A stretch of 64,000 nucleotides of DNA from Glycera tridactyla (taxonomy: Eukaryota): positions 27,342,001 to 27,406,000 of the forward strand of contig OZ286459.1 in the NCBI GenBank assembly GCA_965644265.1, in the 5' to 3' direction. The notes beneath the pieces are model-generated. The model made no database searches and had not been told where the DNA came from. It worked only from the letters and a program-made list of their open reading frames with translations. Position numbers and translations under genes: made by a program. The number at the start of each line of letters is the position of its first letter. The stretch's first letter is position 1. This document shows positions 1-13,626 of this stretch, one piece after another.

Positions 1-37
1 CTTCGTCAATTCCTGTCTGATTTAACTTTTAATGGCA

Positions 38-1305
38 TGAATAGATTGTGCAGGTGTTCCGGCGATTATCGAACATTGTCTCGGGTGATATGTATGCTTC
101 AGAAGGGGATTACGCCATCATTGAATTGAATTTTTTCGCCGAATCCACCGCCATTATTGGCGCTTATTTGTATGGGTAACAGTGGATACACGGCCGCCGC
201 ACACGCCACGAAACCAGCGTGAAATTGACATATTTAGCGTTTTAAGTTGAAATAAACAAGTGAACCTCGCCGTGTTTACCAGTATACATTGCTAATCGTC
301 GGAGATGTCCACAATGTCAGTCTGCAAGTTTAATTTGAATCTGCTGCGAATTCGCGATGCTAGAGCGAAAAGGGCACCCGCCACGATTAAGCTTGACAGA
401 CTTTAGGTGTTATGTCGCACCTCCAAATAAACTGGCACAGCCCGCTGGTGGAGGCGGTAGAGTTATTCGAATTCTTGTACGAAGAGTGTGTTAGTTTTGA
501 GGCGAGGCCGCTGCACCCTGGGCACTGAATATATTTTCATCTGTGGAAATGCAGGTGTTTGAGATTGAGCAAATTCTCGCATATGCGCCTTGGCGCCCTT
601 GTTAAACTTCATTGACAGTTTTCCATCCGAAACGCTTCAAGCTTCATCTCGTGGTTACATGGCAAGCGACTGATTCCCGCGTTCGCCGCCAGATGTCAGA
701 TAACATGAACAATTCCGTTGGTACAGACTACTCTTGAGGGTTAGGAACCACCATTATCAGATTATTTTATCAGATTATTTTTCTTTAATGACTTGTAGGA
801 CTGAACAAGTCATGGTGTACATGATCTAGAACCGAGATACACGGTGATATCGGCCATTTGAAGAGTGAAAGTTGTCCAGGATAAGAATGAAGCAGGACCT
901 GTGAACAGTGGAGGGAAATCCAAATGTGGCTTGTCCGATTTTACTCTGAAACGGTACGCGTGCCTATATATGGTATGCAACAGCACGAATATGGAATGTA
1001 TAGATCTTCCGGCGATTATTGAACCTAGTCCGCATGCTTTAGACGAGGATTACACCATCATTTCGTTGCATTCTTATGTAGCGAATCTGTATGCGAAACG
1101 GTGTAGATACGGCCCAGCGTGAAATTGTCATAGATTTGGCGTTCTAAGGTGAAATATACAAGTGAACCTCGCCGAGATTACATTTCGAGTCGTCGTAGAT
1201 GTAAACAAAGTATGTCAGTCTGTCTCATTTCAATCCGATGCGAAATCATGATGCTGGGGCGAAAAACGTACCCGCCACGATCAAACTTGACAGGCTTTAG
1301 CTGGG
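38..1305. repeat. Diverged direct repeat pair (~38-410 and ~987-1305), CpG-rich, probably an unclassified TE
   Basis: Colinear shared blocks ttccggcgatta, ccagcgtgaaattg, acaagtgaacctcgccg, atgtcagtctg, acccgccacgat, cttgacag.ctttag. Confidence 0.7.
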
Positions 1306-1312
1306 TCTGGTT

Positions 1313-1800
1313 TTACCTTAGGATACCTTAGGACATTCTGGGAGCAAGCGACACAGGCTTCTATTCCCAGATCTTCTTCTTGTATTCGTTACGTAAAACT
1401 ATGTGTGTGCCGCATGCTCTAGATTATTGAGGGGTCGTAGTCCCACTTGTATCGGGCCGGATGGTCCCTCCAGTGCTGGTCCAGCCTGTTTTTGAAGCTG
1501 TTTGTCGTTTTTGCTGTTACGATCTCCTCTGGTAGGTTGTTCCAGGTGTTGATGACTCTTTGGCTGAAGCTATGTTGGCGTATATTCAGGCGACAGTGGG
1601 CTTTTGTGAGTTTGTACTGGTGACCTCTCGTTGAAGAATGGGTACTCCTGCACAGCACCAATGATGGGTCTGCCATGTAGTAATTTAGGATTTTGTGCAC
1701 TTCGATCATGTCACCTCTCAAGCGTCTGAACTGTAGTGATGGTGGGTCCAGGCTCTCCAGTCTCTTCTCATATGGTAACTGTGCCATATGTGCTATATCG
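1313..1800 (-). mobile_element. 5'-truncated CR1/L2-type non-LTR retrotransposon, 3' end of ORF2 plus 3' UTR
   Basis: ORF 1419..1814 (-) contains LPYEKRL..RRLRGDMIEVHKIL..TRGHQYKL..RQHSFSQRVINTWNNLPEEIV..FKNRLD, the typical post-RT C-terminus of CR1-group ORF2; short tandem tail cctaaggtat-cctaaggtaa. Confidence 0.88.
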
Positions 1801-2345
1801 TGACACCTATGCAATCGGCATGGGTGAGATCATTCGAGTCCTCCTCCCCTGTCCCCAATGGAAGGTAAAAATTTATGGAACTCAAGGTCAAAATTAAAGC
1901 CTTGGCAATCATATAGTCGGAAGTTTTTCAAAGATATAGGTGTGGTTGTTTAGATGGTTGCTTGCTCGCTTCTGCTCCAACATCACCTCGGTGCCATCTG
2001 TGCTATATTGTGACGTGCATGTGTTAGACATCTGTGGAATCATTCAAAGACTCCTCCTTCTGGGTCCCCAATTGAAGGTCAAAATTCATTATGCTCACAG
2101 ACCATCCAAGCGTCATCTCTGGTTTTAGAGAGGTTAACAACAGTGTTATCCTGTGAACATGAGATTGTTAAGGACCATGAATCAAATAATCCTCGGAGCA
2201 TGTGCATTCATGTGATAATCTGGAGAGATCATCCACATGTGAGAATTTCATTTATTTCATTTTCTATGGAAGCAGGCCAGGATCCCAATGGGATACAAAG
2301 ATCAAAATCACTGGAAAAATCCGACCTGTTGATGTGTCGGGACAT

Positions 2346-2535
2346 TTTGTTTGTTTGAGGTTTAATGGCATGTATCAACCCAGAAGATTATGTATGCCTT
2401 GTGTTCCTCGCAAATGGAAACCAGATGTTCTGTCCCCTACAGGCATCACTTACACAAACCCTGAACACTAGATAATGGGAGCCTGAAAGCTTGTCAAGTG
2501 GAAGTAGCTGACAGTTCAGACACACCTCTATCTAT
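2346..2535 (-). mobile_element. SINE-like repeat family S, copy 1
   Basis: Shared core (plus strand) tttgtttg-aggtttaatggcatgtatcaacccag...cccctgcagacatcac...aaaccctgaacac.agatgatggg.aacctgaaagg; (CAAA)n tail on minus strand; copies vary in 5' truncation. Confidence 0.75.
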
Positions 2536-2676
2536 GTATGGGTTGTCATGATTTTCATCAATTTTTAACTTGTCAATGATGGGACTATAACTTGGCATTA
2601 CCAAACGGTCCAAAATACAGATGAAACATGGACATTGCTAACCTCTGCTTTACAGATATGAATCGATTTTTGTAAG

Positions 2677-2828
2677 GTTTGTTTGATTTTGGTTTAATGG
2701 CTTGTATCAACCCAGAGGATTGTGTATGCCATGTCGTCTGGTCAATGAACGCTAGGTGTTCTCTCCCCTGCAGACATCACTCTCACACACCTTGGACACA
2801 AGATGATGAGGAACAATTTCTGAAAGGT
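2677..2828 (-). mobile_element. SINE-like repeat family S, copy 2
   Basis: Same core as copy 1, 5'-truncated. Confidence 0.72.
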
Positions 2829-2863
2829 GAGATGTGGAGACAGACACAGAAACATAGACGTGA

Positions 2864-2912
2864 AGAGAAAACAAAACACAAGGATTGGAGCTTACAGTTT
2901 TACACTTTTATT
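2864..2912 (-). terminator. Candidate polyadenylation signal (AATAAA plus GU-rich downstream element)
   Basis: Minus-strand AATAAA at 2912-2907, U-rich upstream, ttgtgttttgttttctc ~25-45 nt downstream. Confidence 0.45.
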
Positions 2913-5900
2913 AAAGTATAAAGAACAATAAATTCCAGATAAAAATATTTGCTATTTGTCTAGCTATATTCTTTAAAATTCGTTTCACCCTTGGGATATA
3001 GTTGACAGATAGACTGGCTCCATGATGTCATTGACTGGCGGAAAACTGACCAACTACACCCCTTCAAATGACACTCTGTATTAACGGCTCACCGATACAA
3101 GTCACAACAAATCAATAACACATCAATGGGACCACCAAGACAAGCTCATTCTGCCAGGAGATCTCAACACTTGCCTCGTGAACTCCCAATCAAGAGATTT
3201 CTTCTGGTGTCATTCATTCATATTGCTCCTTTAAGGAATGAATAACTTAACCAAAAAGACAGTCTCAAATGAATGAGTTTGGTTGTAGATATGCTTGTTC
3301 AAATGATGTAGTCTGGAGATCATATTGATCTATTGTCTGTCTAGCCATGTTTTTCTTAATACAGTCCCATCATCATTCAAAGAGGTTTGAAAAATGCACA
3401 ACTAAAAACAGCGTGGCGGACTAGATTTGGTCATCACTAAAATTACCCTAGCCCAGGAAGCGATTACTCTAACTCTGAGTAATTCAATCATGTACACAAA
3501 CTTAGAAAGAAAATCAGGGACCATCAGATATTCACATGCTTTTCAGTACACAACAAGTATGTAGCCAAGAAAAACAAATGGTTCATTTCTGTAGAAAAAA
3601 AGTCATTTGCTTTTGCAATCTGTAGCCAATAGGCCTATGAATGAATCCCCAGACTTCTCCAATTCAAGTGTCCCAATTGGTAGAATAATAGCATCATCCT
3701 CATGGAACCACCATAGGGCTACCATTGCAGATACTATAGAAAGTTCCAATACCTCTTAGCGAAGGACACCCATAATTTGAGGTCTAGGACCGTGGGCTCA
3801 GGCCACAAAATTCTCTAAATGACAACATTCAACATATTTAGACCCGACTATGCATATCACTAGTTATAAATGTATCCATCACGTAAGAAGAAATATTTCA
3901 TATTGAGACAAATTATGCTATAACTTCATAAGAAAAATCACAACATGTCATATATATTGTACAATGCATATAATAATAAGTACCCTTTCATGCTAGGATT
4001 TCTTTTGAAATTGCAAAAAGGCATAACCATCCAGTCTCAATTTTGCTACATTTTGATGCAACCACTTTGAAGTGGGCGGATCCCAATGAAGCCATATCCA
4101 GTGCAAATCATCATATGCATGAAAGGGTGTATAACAAATTCAACAATCAAAAGAAAGGAATGTATATTCCCAAATTTCCTGTAATATCCAAAGTCAGTTG
4201 GACATGCATAGAGTGGAGAGTCAAGGATATATTTTTCCAACCAAGAGTCTTGATAAATTTTTGTATGAGTCAAGATAGCTGGATTTGATTTATAGAGACT
4301 GTTGAAATGTGTCTGATCTCCAAATTATGTACATTAACTTTTTTTAGTGATCATATACAGAATTATAGCGATACTGGGAAATCCTGTCCATGCTCTGTGT
4401 CAATTCTGACTTTAGTAAAGTGTGCAACTCAAATCAATTCGAGTTAGTTGTTTTTTTTGGAAAGACTCTCATACCCATGCAAGTCACCACTGGTTGAATA
4501 TTACAGCGTTGTGGGTCCACATTCTCTAAACTGGTGGCCCTCCAGTTTCATGTTTTGGAAGGAAACTTCTGCAAGTACCCAGCAAGGGTACCCAAGCTTG
4601 AGTCTCATCCTTCAGAAGGTGCTCATTTGCAACATCAGCGGATTCTCCAAGACGGCCAGCTGAAATTTCCATCAATATAGAAATACTGTAGGCTGAAGGT
4701 CAGCCACCAATGTAACGGTGGTATGATGTGATTCCATCTAATGAATTTTGAGACTTTTCGAGATGATTTGCACTAAATTGGATCCATTAGGATTTTACAA
4801 GGAGCAGTAAATCCAAATGCCGGGGGTTCAAACCCCCGGCCTCTTGATCTTGAGTATACTTTTGGATCCAATCAAGATCAATGATCTTTGGCAATGGACA
4901 CATGATGAATTCTACAGAGTGTCCCCCCAAAAGCTTGCAGTGACAAACTGTGAAAGCCGAAAATCACAACAAATTCTAGATGATGGTTGACTTTCAAAAA
5001 TTGAGTTCCAGGGGCATTCACTATTGGCCCAGTCATAATCAGATAAATAACATCAAAGTGATATAAATACAAAACCCACCCAGTAGTCCATTCAATAGAC
5101 AAGATGCTTTTTCCTGTTGAATTTTGCAAAACTGCCATGTATGTATCATCATCCAAGAAGTGCATAATCATGAAAAGCAGAAAGAGTAACGTTTGTGAGG
5201 ACTCTCTCTTCGCCTTCTTTCTGTCAGCTCACATTGAGTGGTAGGCCAAAGTTTAGGTTCATGGGCCTCATACAGATTTCATTTCCCACTCTGTCACATT
5301 GATACTTCATGCTGTACAAATCATTGGCCAACCACAATGCATCAAGTTAACAACTTCTTTGCTGATTACCTTCCCAAATGATAACATCGATTGGCACTAA
5401 AATTTGTGAGGTAGGCAGAGCTAGTTCTCTTGATCTCCGGATACATCTGCCTTCTATGAGATAGATCAGAGGTGATTTAATAATTTGAAATGCTAGAGGT
5501 ACTGCTCGCAAGCATGATGACGCCAAGAATATATCCTCATTTGCTATCAACATACATATATCACATGCGGATATGAGAGATAACATCATCTTGTCTAGAA
5601 TAGAATACCAGGGTGAGTTCGGCTACAATGGTATTTTGTGAGATGTGGTCAACTACAGAGCTCCCGGATGACATCATGGAGTGCTCAGCCTATGAGCAAA
5701 TACCACCTTGAGCAACATACAATATCCAAATTGCACAAAAAAATTGATGTTTTGTCGCTATATTTAAAAGTGGCAAGAAATGTCCTATATTGCACCCGCA
5801 CAAATCTGCCATCACACTCGTGAATTGAAACCACATCTGCATTCCTTGTGCTCACACCTCGACCCCCTAAAAAGAGACCTACGATGAAGAAGTTGAGTGG

Positions 5901-8744
5901 GATGACTTCCAATGGTGAGCACCTGCAACAGAGAAGGCTTTCCTCTCCATCTCATGCAGATACCCAGGCATCGGATGCAACCCATGACCCCTGCATACAC
6001 AGCTAGTAGTACATTGGAAATAACCAGCATCTAAGTCATCTATCAACCATGTTAAAGATATGCTATTGTTGGTGGCTGGAGATTTGAGTCCCATAACCAT
6101 AGTCATCACTCAACGTGGTGCCAAATTTGCTCTTAAGAGTAGCCAACAGTGTGATCTGTATAAGTGCGCACCTGAGAAAAATCTCCATCAAAACACTGAT
6201 CATCGCAGATGGTGACAAAATGTATCATGCAGCAGCGCAATAAAGAGGCTGCCCGTAAGCATAGAAAATATCAATATATCACAAAGAGAGCACGATATAC
6301 AAGTTAAAACACTAAACTACGACCCCGACTATGGACACGTACAACAACACGGAGACAGAGGGACTAACCCCATCACAGCAGACAAAGGCATCTGATTCAC
6401 AACATGAGAAGATATGTCAATATTCCAGATATGTCTACTAGAAACTACAAGTTATTGCCACGCTGTTGTACGATGCTAAAAATCCATCCAGATATGAGTC
6501 ACTAAGAAGGCCACAATCACTAGAAGGGGGCACAGAGAAATCAATGATAGTCGACCACAAAGGAGGAAGATGCAATCATAGGAGGTATAGTCAGACCTGT
6601 GCAGAATAAACGCTCAGAGAGAACAGGTGTAGGAATTGCTCCTCGATGGTGAGCTTACCCTGGAATGAGCGCTCGAAATGCCTTTGCAATGGCTGCCAAC
6701 TTTTTGCAAAACCCTAAACACCGACATCCTCACCTGTCTAGCCCTACCATGATCACAGCCTAGCTCACAAAGGGCTAGTTCTCATATGAAATACCCTGAT
6801 GGGGACACCAGCCTCTCACTGATATTATGGGTTCTCTCCTAGTTACGGATCGAAAGAACCTTCAAAATCATCACTGGATGGTTCACCAAGGAAAAACCAA
6901 CTTGCACTCTCCTTCTCGTTTCATCTTGACTCAACTCCTAATGAAGATTTTTATTCACACAGAGGTGTGATCACTTAAAAAATCTGTCCTTGTCCATTCA
7001 AAGGTCTAAACGAGATGTTTTTGTGATGTGCTCCGGAGTCAAAAATCAGGAGAGGACATTTTAGAGCGAATCCTGTGAATACAAGTTTGCATCCCTGCTT
7101 CTGAAGCATGACCATGAAAAGATAAGTTCTGTATTATTTTTGTGATGATTCTGTAATTTTTTCAGAGAATAGATTAATAACAACAGCACACAAGTCACTG
7201 TCGTGATTGCTGAAGGAACCCCATATTAAATTGAATCATCACTATCAGGAAAGATGATGTTACAAAACCCTGTCATTGGTGGCAAAAAACAAAAGAAGCA
7301 GGATAAATCATTTCCAGTCAAGTCTAACCATTTCTTACCCTGCGAGAAAGGTCCAATTGAATATACCTCAGCCACACTCAAGACAAAAGAGTCATTAGAA
7401 AAAATGATCGCCATACTTTCGACCATGTCCCCAATAAGGAATTGAAGAATACGGAAATAAACTAATAACTATCTTGTCAAGACAAGAGGGGATAATTTCA
7501 AAATAAATCTAACTGAAAAGTTCCATTGTACAACCAATAATCACAGATTGAGAATCTGCATTTGAAGAAACCCCATAGTGTCATCCTTACATGATATCAA
7601 GAGAAGAAAGATAAGGTATCCCGCCAGTTCTTTGAGTAAAATTAGATCCCAAACAATAAAATGCATAGAATAATGTTCTAACATAAGCAAGTCACATTTC
7701 TCTGAGAATTCAAATAACAAGTGCCATCAAAGGTATTCGATTGGGTCAAGTACGACGCAAGCAACACAAATGCTCATCTAGGGAGACATCGTGTCACGGC
7801 GTGCTCAAAAAGCCAGAGAAATCCGTTCATTGCATGAACTCCTGCCACCTATCCATACCTCCTCGTCCTCCTCCTCTGTGAATTACTAGTGTGAGCACAA
7901 GGAATATGCTCATCATGATAATGAAAAGGTGTCAAATGAAGCATCATGGCAGACTATCGCAAGATATCATAGTAGCTGAATAAAATGACAATATTCTATG
8001 AGGTGAGACTTGCCTCTTTGGTTGAAGACCAAGTGAAATCTTGTGGCAGCATCACTGTACAGAACATAGTAATTCTATTCAACCACCATGAAGTCTTGCT
8101 TTTATACCACAGATAAATCACTCACACTCGAGTCCAAGATCTTCTGAGGTTGTACCCCGGAGATATTCGACAACCATGCAATATCTCTCGGAAGATCCCA
8201 TAGGGTGATATCTCATTCATTTGGTTGTATCTGTGGTATAAGGGAAAATATCACATGGGTGCTTTTGCGATTTGCATACCATTTGATTATAATTGTTCAT
8301 TAATCAGGATCATCTGGCTTAGCTTCTTAACAGGTGCACCAGCAAACAAGTGATCTTTTCAGACTGAAATTTAAATCAACTGAAGGAGTGCATTTTGGAC
8401 ATGATGCATACCTCTCAAATGTTCAGGGGGAAAATATGCCTCATACACTCTGAGACTTATCTTTTGAGAGGATATCATACTCCTGAACACAATTACATTA
8501 TAAAAATGTAAATAGAGATCAAAATAAAGCATAAGAGTAGGATGTGTCTTAAAACAAGATGATTTTGAAAACGCAAAACTGTCGCAGTCCAACGGATGTA
8601 CATTTGTTTCATGTTTCATCACGTTCTTGTTCAAAATATCTTCACAGAATGGCAGTGTCTTGTCTGAAGACACAGGTACTATTACCAGCAAAAGTTGCTT
8701 GAAAGGATAGCATCGCCATATTGGTGAACAAATCAGAAATTCAA

Positions 8745-8788
8745 ACAAACACACTAGTTTCAAAATAGATAAATATTGTCCATTTATT
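8745..8788 (-). terminator. Candidate polyadenylation signal (AATAAA plus GU-rich downstream element)
   Basis: Minus-strand AATAAA at 8788-8783 with gtgtgtttgtttg ~30 nt downstream. Confidence 0.35.
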
Positions 8789-9923
8789 GTTCCAGTCTCA
8801 CTGATAGGAAACTGATGGCTGACATACAGAAAGAAAACAAATGAGAGGTATACATCATGGGTGTTTGCTATACAGTTAGAATTTGCCTAGCCACTGTCTA
8901 ACTTAGTGTAGAGGGATCTTACAAAGATGTTGGACATTACCAATTGTTCTAAGATGCCAGTCATTCAACACAACAGCGCAACACCCGAGCTGCTCGGAGC
9001 GCACTGTCGTGCCGATAACGGTGTTTATGACATACACACATAATATGTAGTAGATCTGGAATGCAAAATGGAAAAAAACGTCGACACAGTCATCATAATA
9101 AGTGTACACAATAATAAAAAAAGAACAAACGAGATCCCAGGGTGATGCGTTATATATATCACATGAGTCCTTTGGAAAATCGGATCAGTCCCATGTCCTC
9201 AAACCCTTCAAGCTGGTATGCCGTGAGAAGTGGGCAGGTACTGGTACCACGCCATGCGACCTGCATACAGTCTGATTCAAATGAAGCAAAGGTAGGGTTA
9301 TTTCTTTCCCCCATGGCTGCTGAAGTTCACCCTGGTCAAGCCTAAGCACAGGCCAACACAAGCTCAAATCTGACCCTTTATCTGGGCAAAATCGACTGCT
9401 TAGTATGATGTATTTATAACCACCAAAATGCCACAATTGTCGTCTTGACAGCAGTGCTTCATACAAATCAAAGAGAGGGCAGTCAATCCCACCCAAAGGA
9501 CTCCATATCTTTGGTCACTTCCGACCGACCGATTCTTGAAAAAGTTACAATTCCCATGGCTCTCACCCTTCATTTCTGTTTTCCCTGCGTTCATACCTCC
9601 CACATATAGGTCATATGCAGCAACAGGTATACATTTGTTTTCTCTACCAAAAGCCAAGAATTAACTAAACAATGAGCATGACTATTTTTTTTTTCGATGT
9701 AGACCCTTTGCCATCTGGAAGATTCCATGTCGAAAGTGGAGCTCACTTTGGATCGCAGCAATGTTCTGAAAACGGGCACAATAACCCCGGATTGAGATCC
9801 GTACCGATGAAAGTCCGCTAGTACAGCTTTTTCGAAGGTGAAAATGCACCAACACTATGAGAGAATGTTCCAGTTTTAATCTGCATATAAGGCCAATCAA
9901 TTCACAAAAGCTAACCGGTCAGG

Positions 9924-9989
9924 TCCAAAACTTGCATAATCTGAATGTGAAATCAGATCCAAAATTTGCATAATCTAAATGAAAAATCA
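9924..9989. repeat. Tandem duplication, 2 x ~34 bp, second copy with octamer ATTTGCAT
   Basis: tccaaaacttgcataatctgaatgtgaaatca / tccaaaatttgcataatctaaatgaaaaatca. Confidence 0.8.
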
Positions 9990-12900
9990 TCTATCAACTA
10001 TGTGTGTTTGTCCGACTGATTTTTTGAGAATCCCGAAGAGGTAACCCTTGAATATTTGATGTACGGAGTGACTATCTTTAAAGTATATTCTGAAAGATGG
10101 CAATGTGGCATGCCACCTAATCATCTCTATCAGTCAGGCAATCGGACAACACTGGGACGCCTTTAGCTTTGTAGTGACCAATTCACCGCATTTACTACTC
10201 CAGATGGCAAAGGATAGACAGAACACTGTACAAACTGAAGAAGAGCCATCATTGTTCAGATGCACGAAGCAAAAATGCAAAATCATCATAAAAGTACCAA
10301 AAACACAAACCCCCCCATTCATGGACATATACAAATTCATTCAGTGACAAGTAATAATAAATAAAATCATCCAAGATTGTCTTAGTAAGGTTCTATGTCC
10401 CTGCATATACATACTACAACTAGCTCGGGAAAATTGTTTTTCCTGCATATATTTTACGTGATCCTCGTCACAATAATTAAATAATTTGAAAACATGATCA
10501 AATAAAACGTTTTGGGAGTCATTCCACTGACATTCAAATGTACCCACAGTATTTCACATGATAAGTGGAACAACTAACTTGGGGGGTACTCTTATTCACA
10601 GGTGAAATACTCCCGGACAACCAACATGTATCCACCATATTTCAATAGATACATTGGAGGTATGGTGCAAAAGAAAATCAACAAGGTGGCATGACCCCTT
10701 GTCCTTATAAGGAATCTGGGGCTGTTCAACATAATTTGAGAACACGAAGAAAATGGTTCCACTCATTGATGGGCCTGGAATCGATAATAAGTTATACTTT
10801 TAGTTCAATGATTCCAGATCTTGAATACCAGCATGAGACCAGTACACAGCAACCCAAAACTGATCAAACAATAATTAAACAAATGCTATTTTATGATAAT
10901 CACTCGAGGAATCACTTCTAATTTGCACTTGAAACATGGCATATGCATCAGTTTCGAAATTCTATTTCACTTCACATCTTTTACATTCCATGATAATTAT
11001 TCAAATGTCACAACAACATGTAAATATGTCGGCAACATTTACAAACAATCGAAAAGAATCATATCAGAATGACTACTGATCGTTTTTGAGGGAATACTCC
11101 TTGGAGCAGAGTGGAGAAATGAGCACTGCAACATTTGCTCGCCACAGAAATTGCATCACTTCAAAGTGAGACAAGGGTGGAACATTTATTTCGAACCAAA
11201 TATAGTGCATAGATAGATATCAGAATTCACTGAGAATATGATTCACCCTGTCTCAAGCTTTTTTTTCTCCATCAGTGGAGTACTCCCAATCATAATCATT
11301 ATATCCGTTCTATATTCACACGCTTTTGAGAATTTCATACAAACAAAAAAGTTTCAACTCTCACTAATCGATCACTAGATTCGAGAAGTATCAGCATGAT
11401 TTCCTACAACCTAAACGCAGTAATGAAATTCAAAATTAACATCTGAACAATAATTGTGAATATATTGTTCTTGGTTCCATGATGATCCATGATCAAAGTA
11501 TTTTCACTTACTTTGAAATGAATGTTGAGACGATTTCATGACATTTCAACCACTCATCCAGTGGCCTTGGTCATAAAATCGTCTCAATATTCATTCCAGA
11601 ATAAGTGAAGATCCACCGATCACTGAACAGTACTTTTTTTTACGTGGATTTTCATGGGAATAGATGGATGAGTAAGATCTTCCATATTAGGATGGCATTC
11701 CCAGTTCAGAATGTAGTAAGAAGAATTAGAAATGAGTTAAATATAATTGAGTGATATATTGTTCGAGGCAGCCAAAAAATGTTATGACATGACCTTTCAT
11801 CAGATGCTTTACAAGATAACTTTTGAGCATACAATCTTTGTCATCGTAGAGATGGAGCAAACAGGATGTTCGGTGGGTTTCAAGTATACAATCTTCACAA
11901 CGTTTTCTCATTCGTATACCACGCCTTAGATGACATCATTTCAGTTACCGATGGCAACTCTGGCTGTGCTTGCAGTGATGGGCAAATGGTCGACCGCTGC
12001 ACGCACAACAAGAAATGTCTTCAAAATGTGAACATGATGCTGATTCGAGATTGCATTCTCACACGCCAACATTACGCCTGTCACCTCATTCCGAATTAAA
12101 CAACAAACCCAGAGAAACGTCTCCAGAACAAACTGCCTGGGCAAGACCAGCACTCATTTCTATATATATATATGCGCTATAAAAACCTAAGAGCATCAGT
12201 CCCTGCACAAAAAAACACAGACAGACCCCCACTCATGCATCATACCCACCCACCCTTATTTGCATATATTTCACACATGAGCACACACCAGGGTAACATT
12301 ATTATTATTTAGCCCACTCATCATGAAAAATATAAACTAGCTAGGACTGGAATGTTGCAAAAAATCTTGGCCAGGGGCAATTCTCATCTCGCTAGTTCAT
12401 GTAACAGAGTGAGAATTATAGTCCCATTCAACAAGTAAATATCCCTGATTCATTTGCGTCCTCACTAACACATCGCATCTGATTTGAGAACAATGTAAAT
12501 TCAGCCGGTGACCTATCGCTCGCAGAATATAACCAGTGAGAAAACTATGTGTGGCCTGGATATTTACCAGTTAAATGTGACTAACAAAATTGAGGCTAGC
12601 CTGCCTGAGTGAGATGAGGTGAGGTGGAAGTGAGGCTTGCTGCCCCACCCCCTAGTACTGCACACATGAGACTGCGTGCCGAAGCAGCCCCCAGCCTCAC
12701 TCACTCAGCTGCCCTTCGTTGGTTCATCAATCATACCCTGCAAGTCTTGACAGAAAATAAAACACATAATAATCAAGAACAGTCACCAGTTGCAAGCGCT
12801 GGGGGACTTTTCACCAAGCAGTAGGGAGTACCCTGTGATCGTAAGCAGCCAATCGAAACATCTGCAGTCACAAGATGTTTATTACTCAGTGAAACACGCC

Positions 12901-13417
12901 CTCATGGGCGCCATCACTTGTGTCCAATAAATAATTTGTGGTGTAAAGAAACTAGGAATTTTGACTTGACAAAACATCACTGAAGATGCGGATTGCAAAT
13001 TCAAAAAAAGATTAACAGTTTCATTATGGCAATATTTGCCCAAATCTCGTCGTACCGTACATTTCATCACCTGAGACTGAATTATGATAATTCAAATGGC
13101 ATAAATAACTGGAAATCACCGTTTCTAAAGTGCAGCTAATGATACATTGCAATCTGTCGACTCCAGTCAGTAATGCCTGAAGCACCAAACAAACCGAAGC
13201 CCGGACACCTCTTTGATCAGATCCCACATCTCTCTGAAGAATTGCCAATGAATTGCTCGTCAGCTGATGGGACTGATACAAAGAAGACAAATCAGGTTGG
13301 TGCTGTCCGATAAAATGGCGGCAGAACAGGAAACAGGCTAGATGATGTACACTACTTATACAATATGACCCAGTAAATGAAGGCAATTCTGCAGAGAGAA
13401 TACCACTAAACACATAA

Positions 13418-13626
13418 GTTTGTTTTGTTTTGTTTGTTTGTTTGTTTGTGGTTTGACGGCATGTATCAACCCTAGGTTTATGTATGCCATGTGTTTCTGG
13501 TTATTGAGAGCTAGATGTTATGTCCCCTGCAGACATCACTCTCACAAACCCTAAACACAAGATGATGGGAACCTGAAAGGTTGTCGAATGGAAGTAGCTG
13601 ACAGGTCAGACATACCTCTACCTATT
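13418..13626 (-). mobile_element. SINE-like repeat family S, copy 3 (longest)
   Basis: Same core with long (TTTG)n and the extension ggaagtagctgacaggtcagac shared with copy 1. Confidence 0.78.

Noticed and set aside
6655-9575. Strong-looking minus-strand donors at ~6659, 6734, 7339 and 9570 as exons of a second gene
   Set aside because: No consistent acceptors or recognisable reading frames; density compatible with background.
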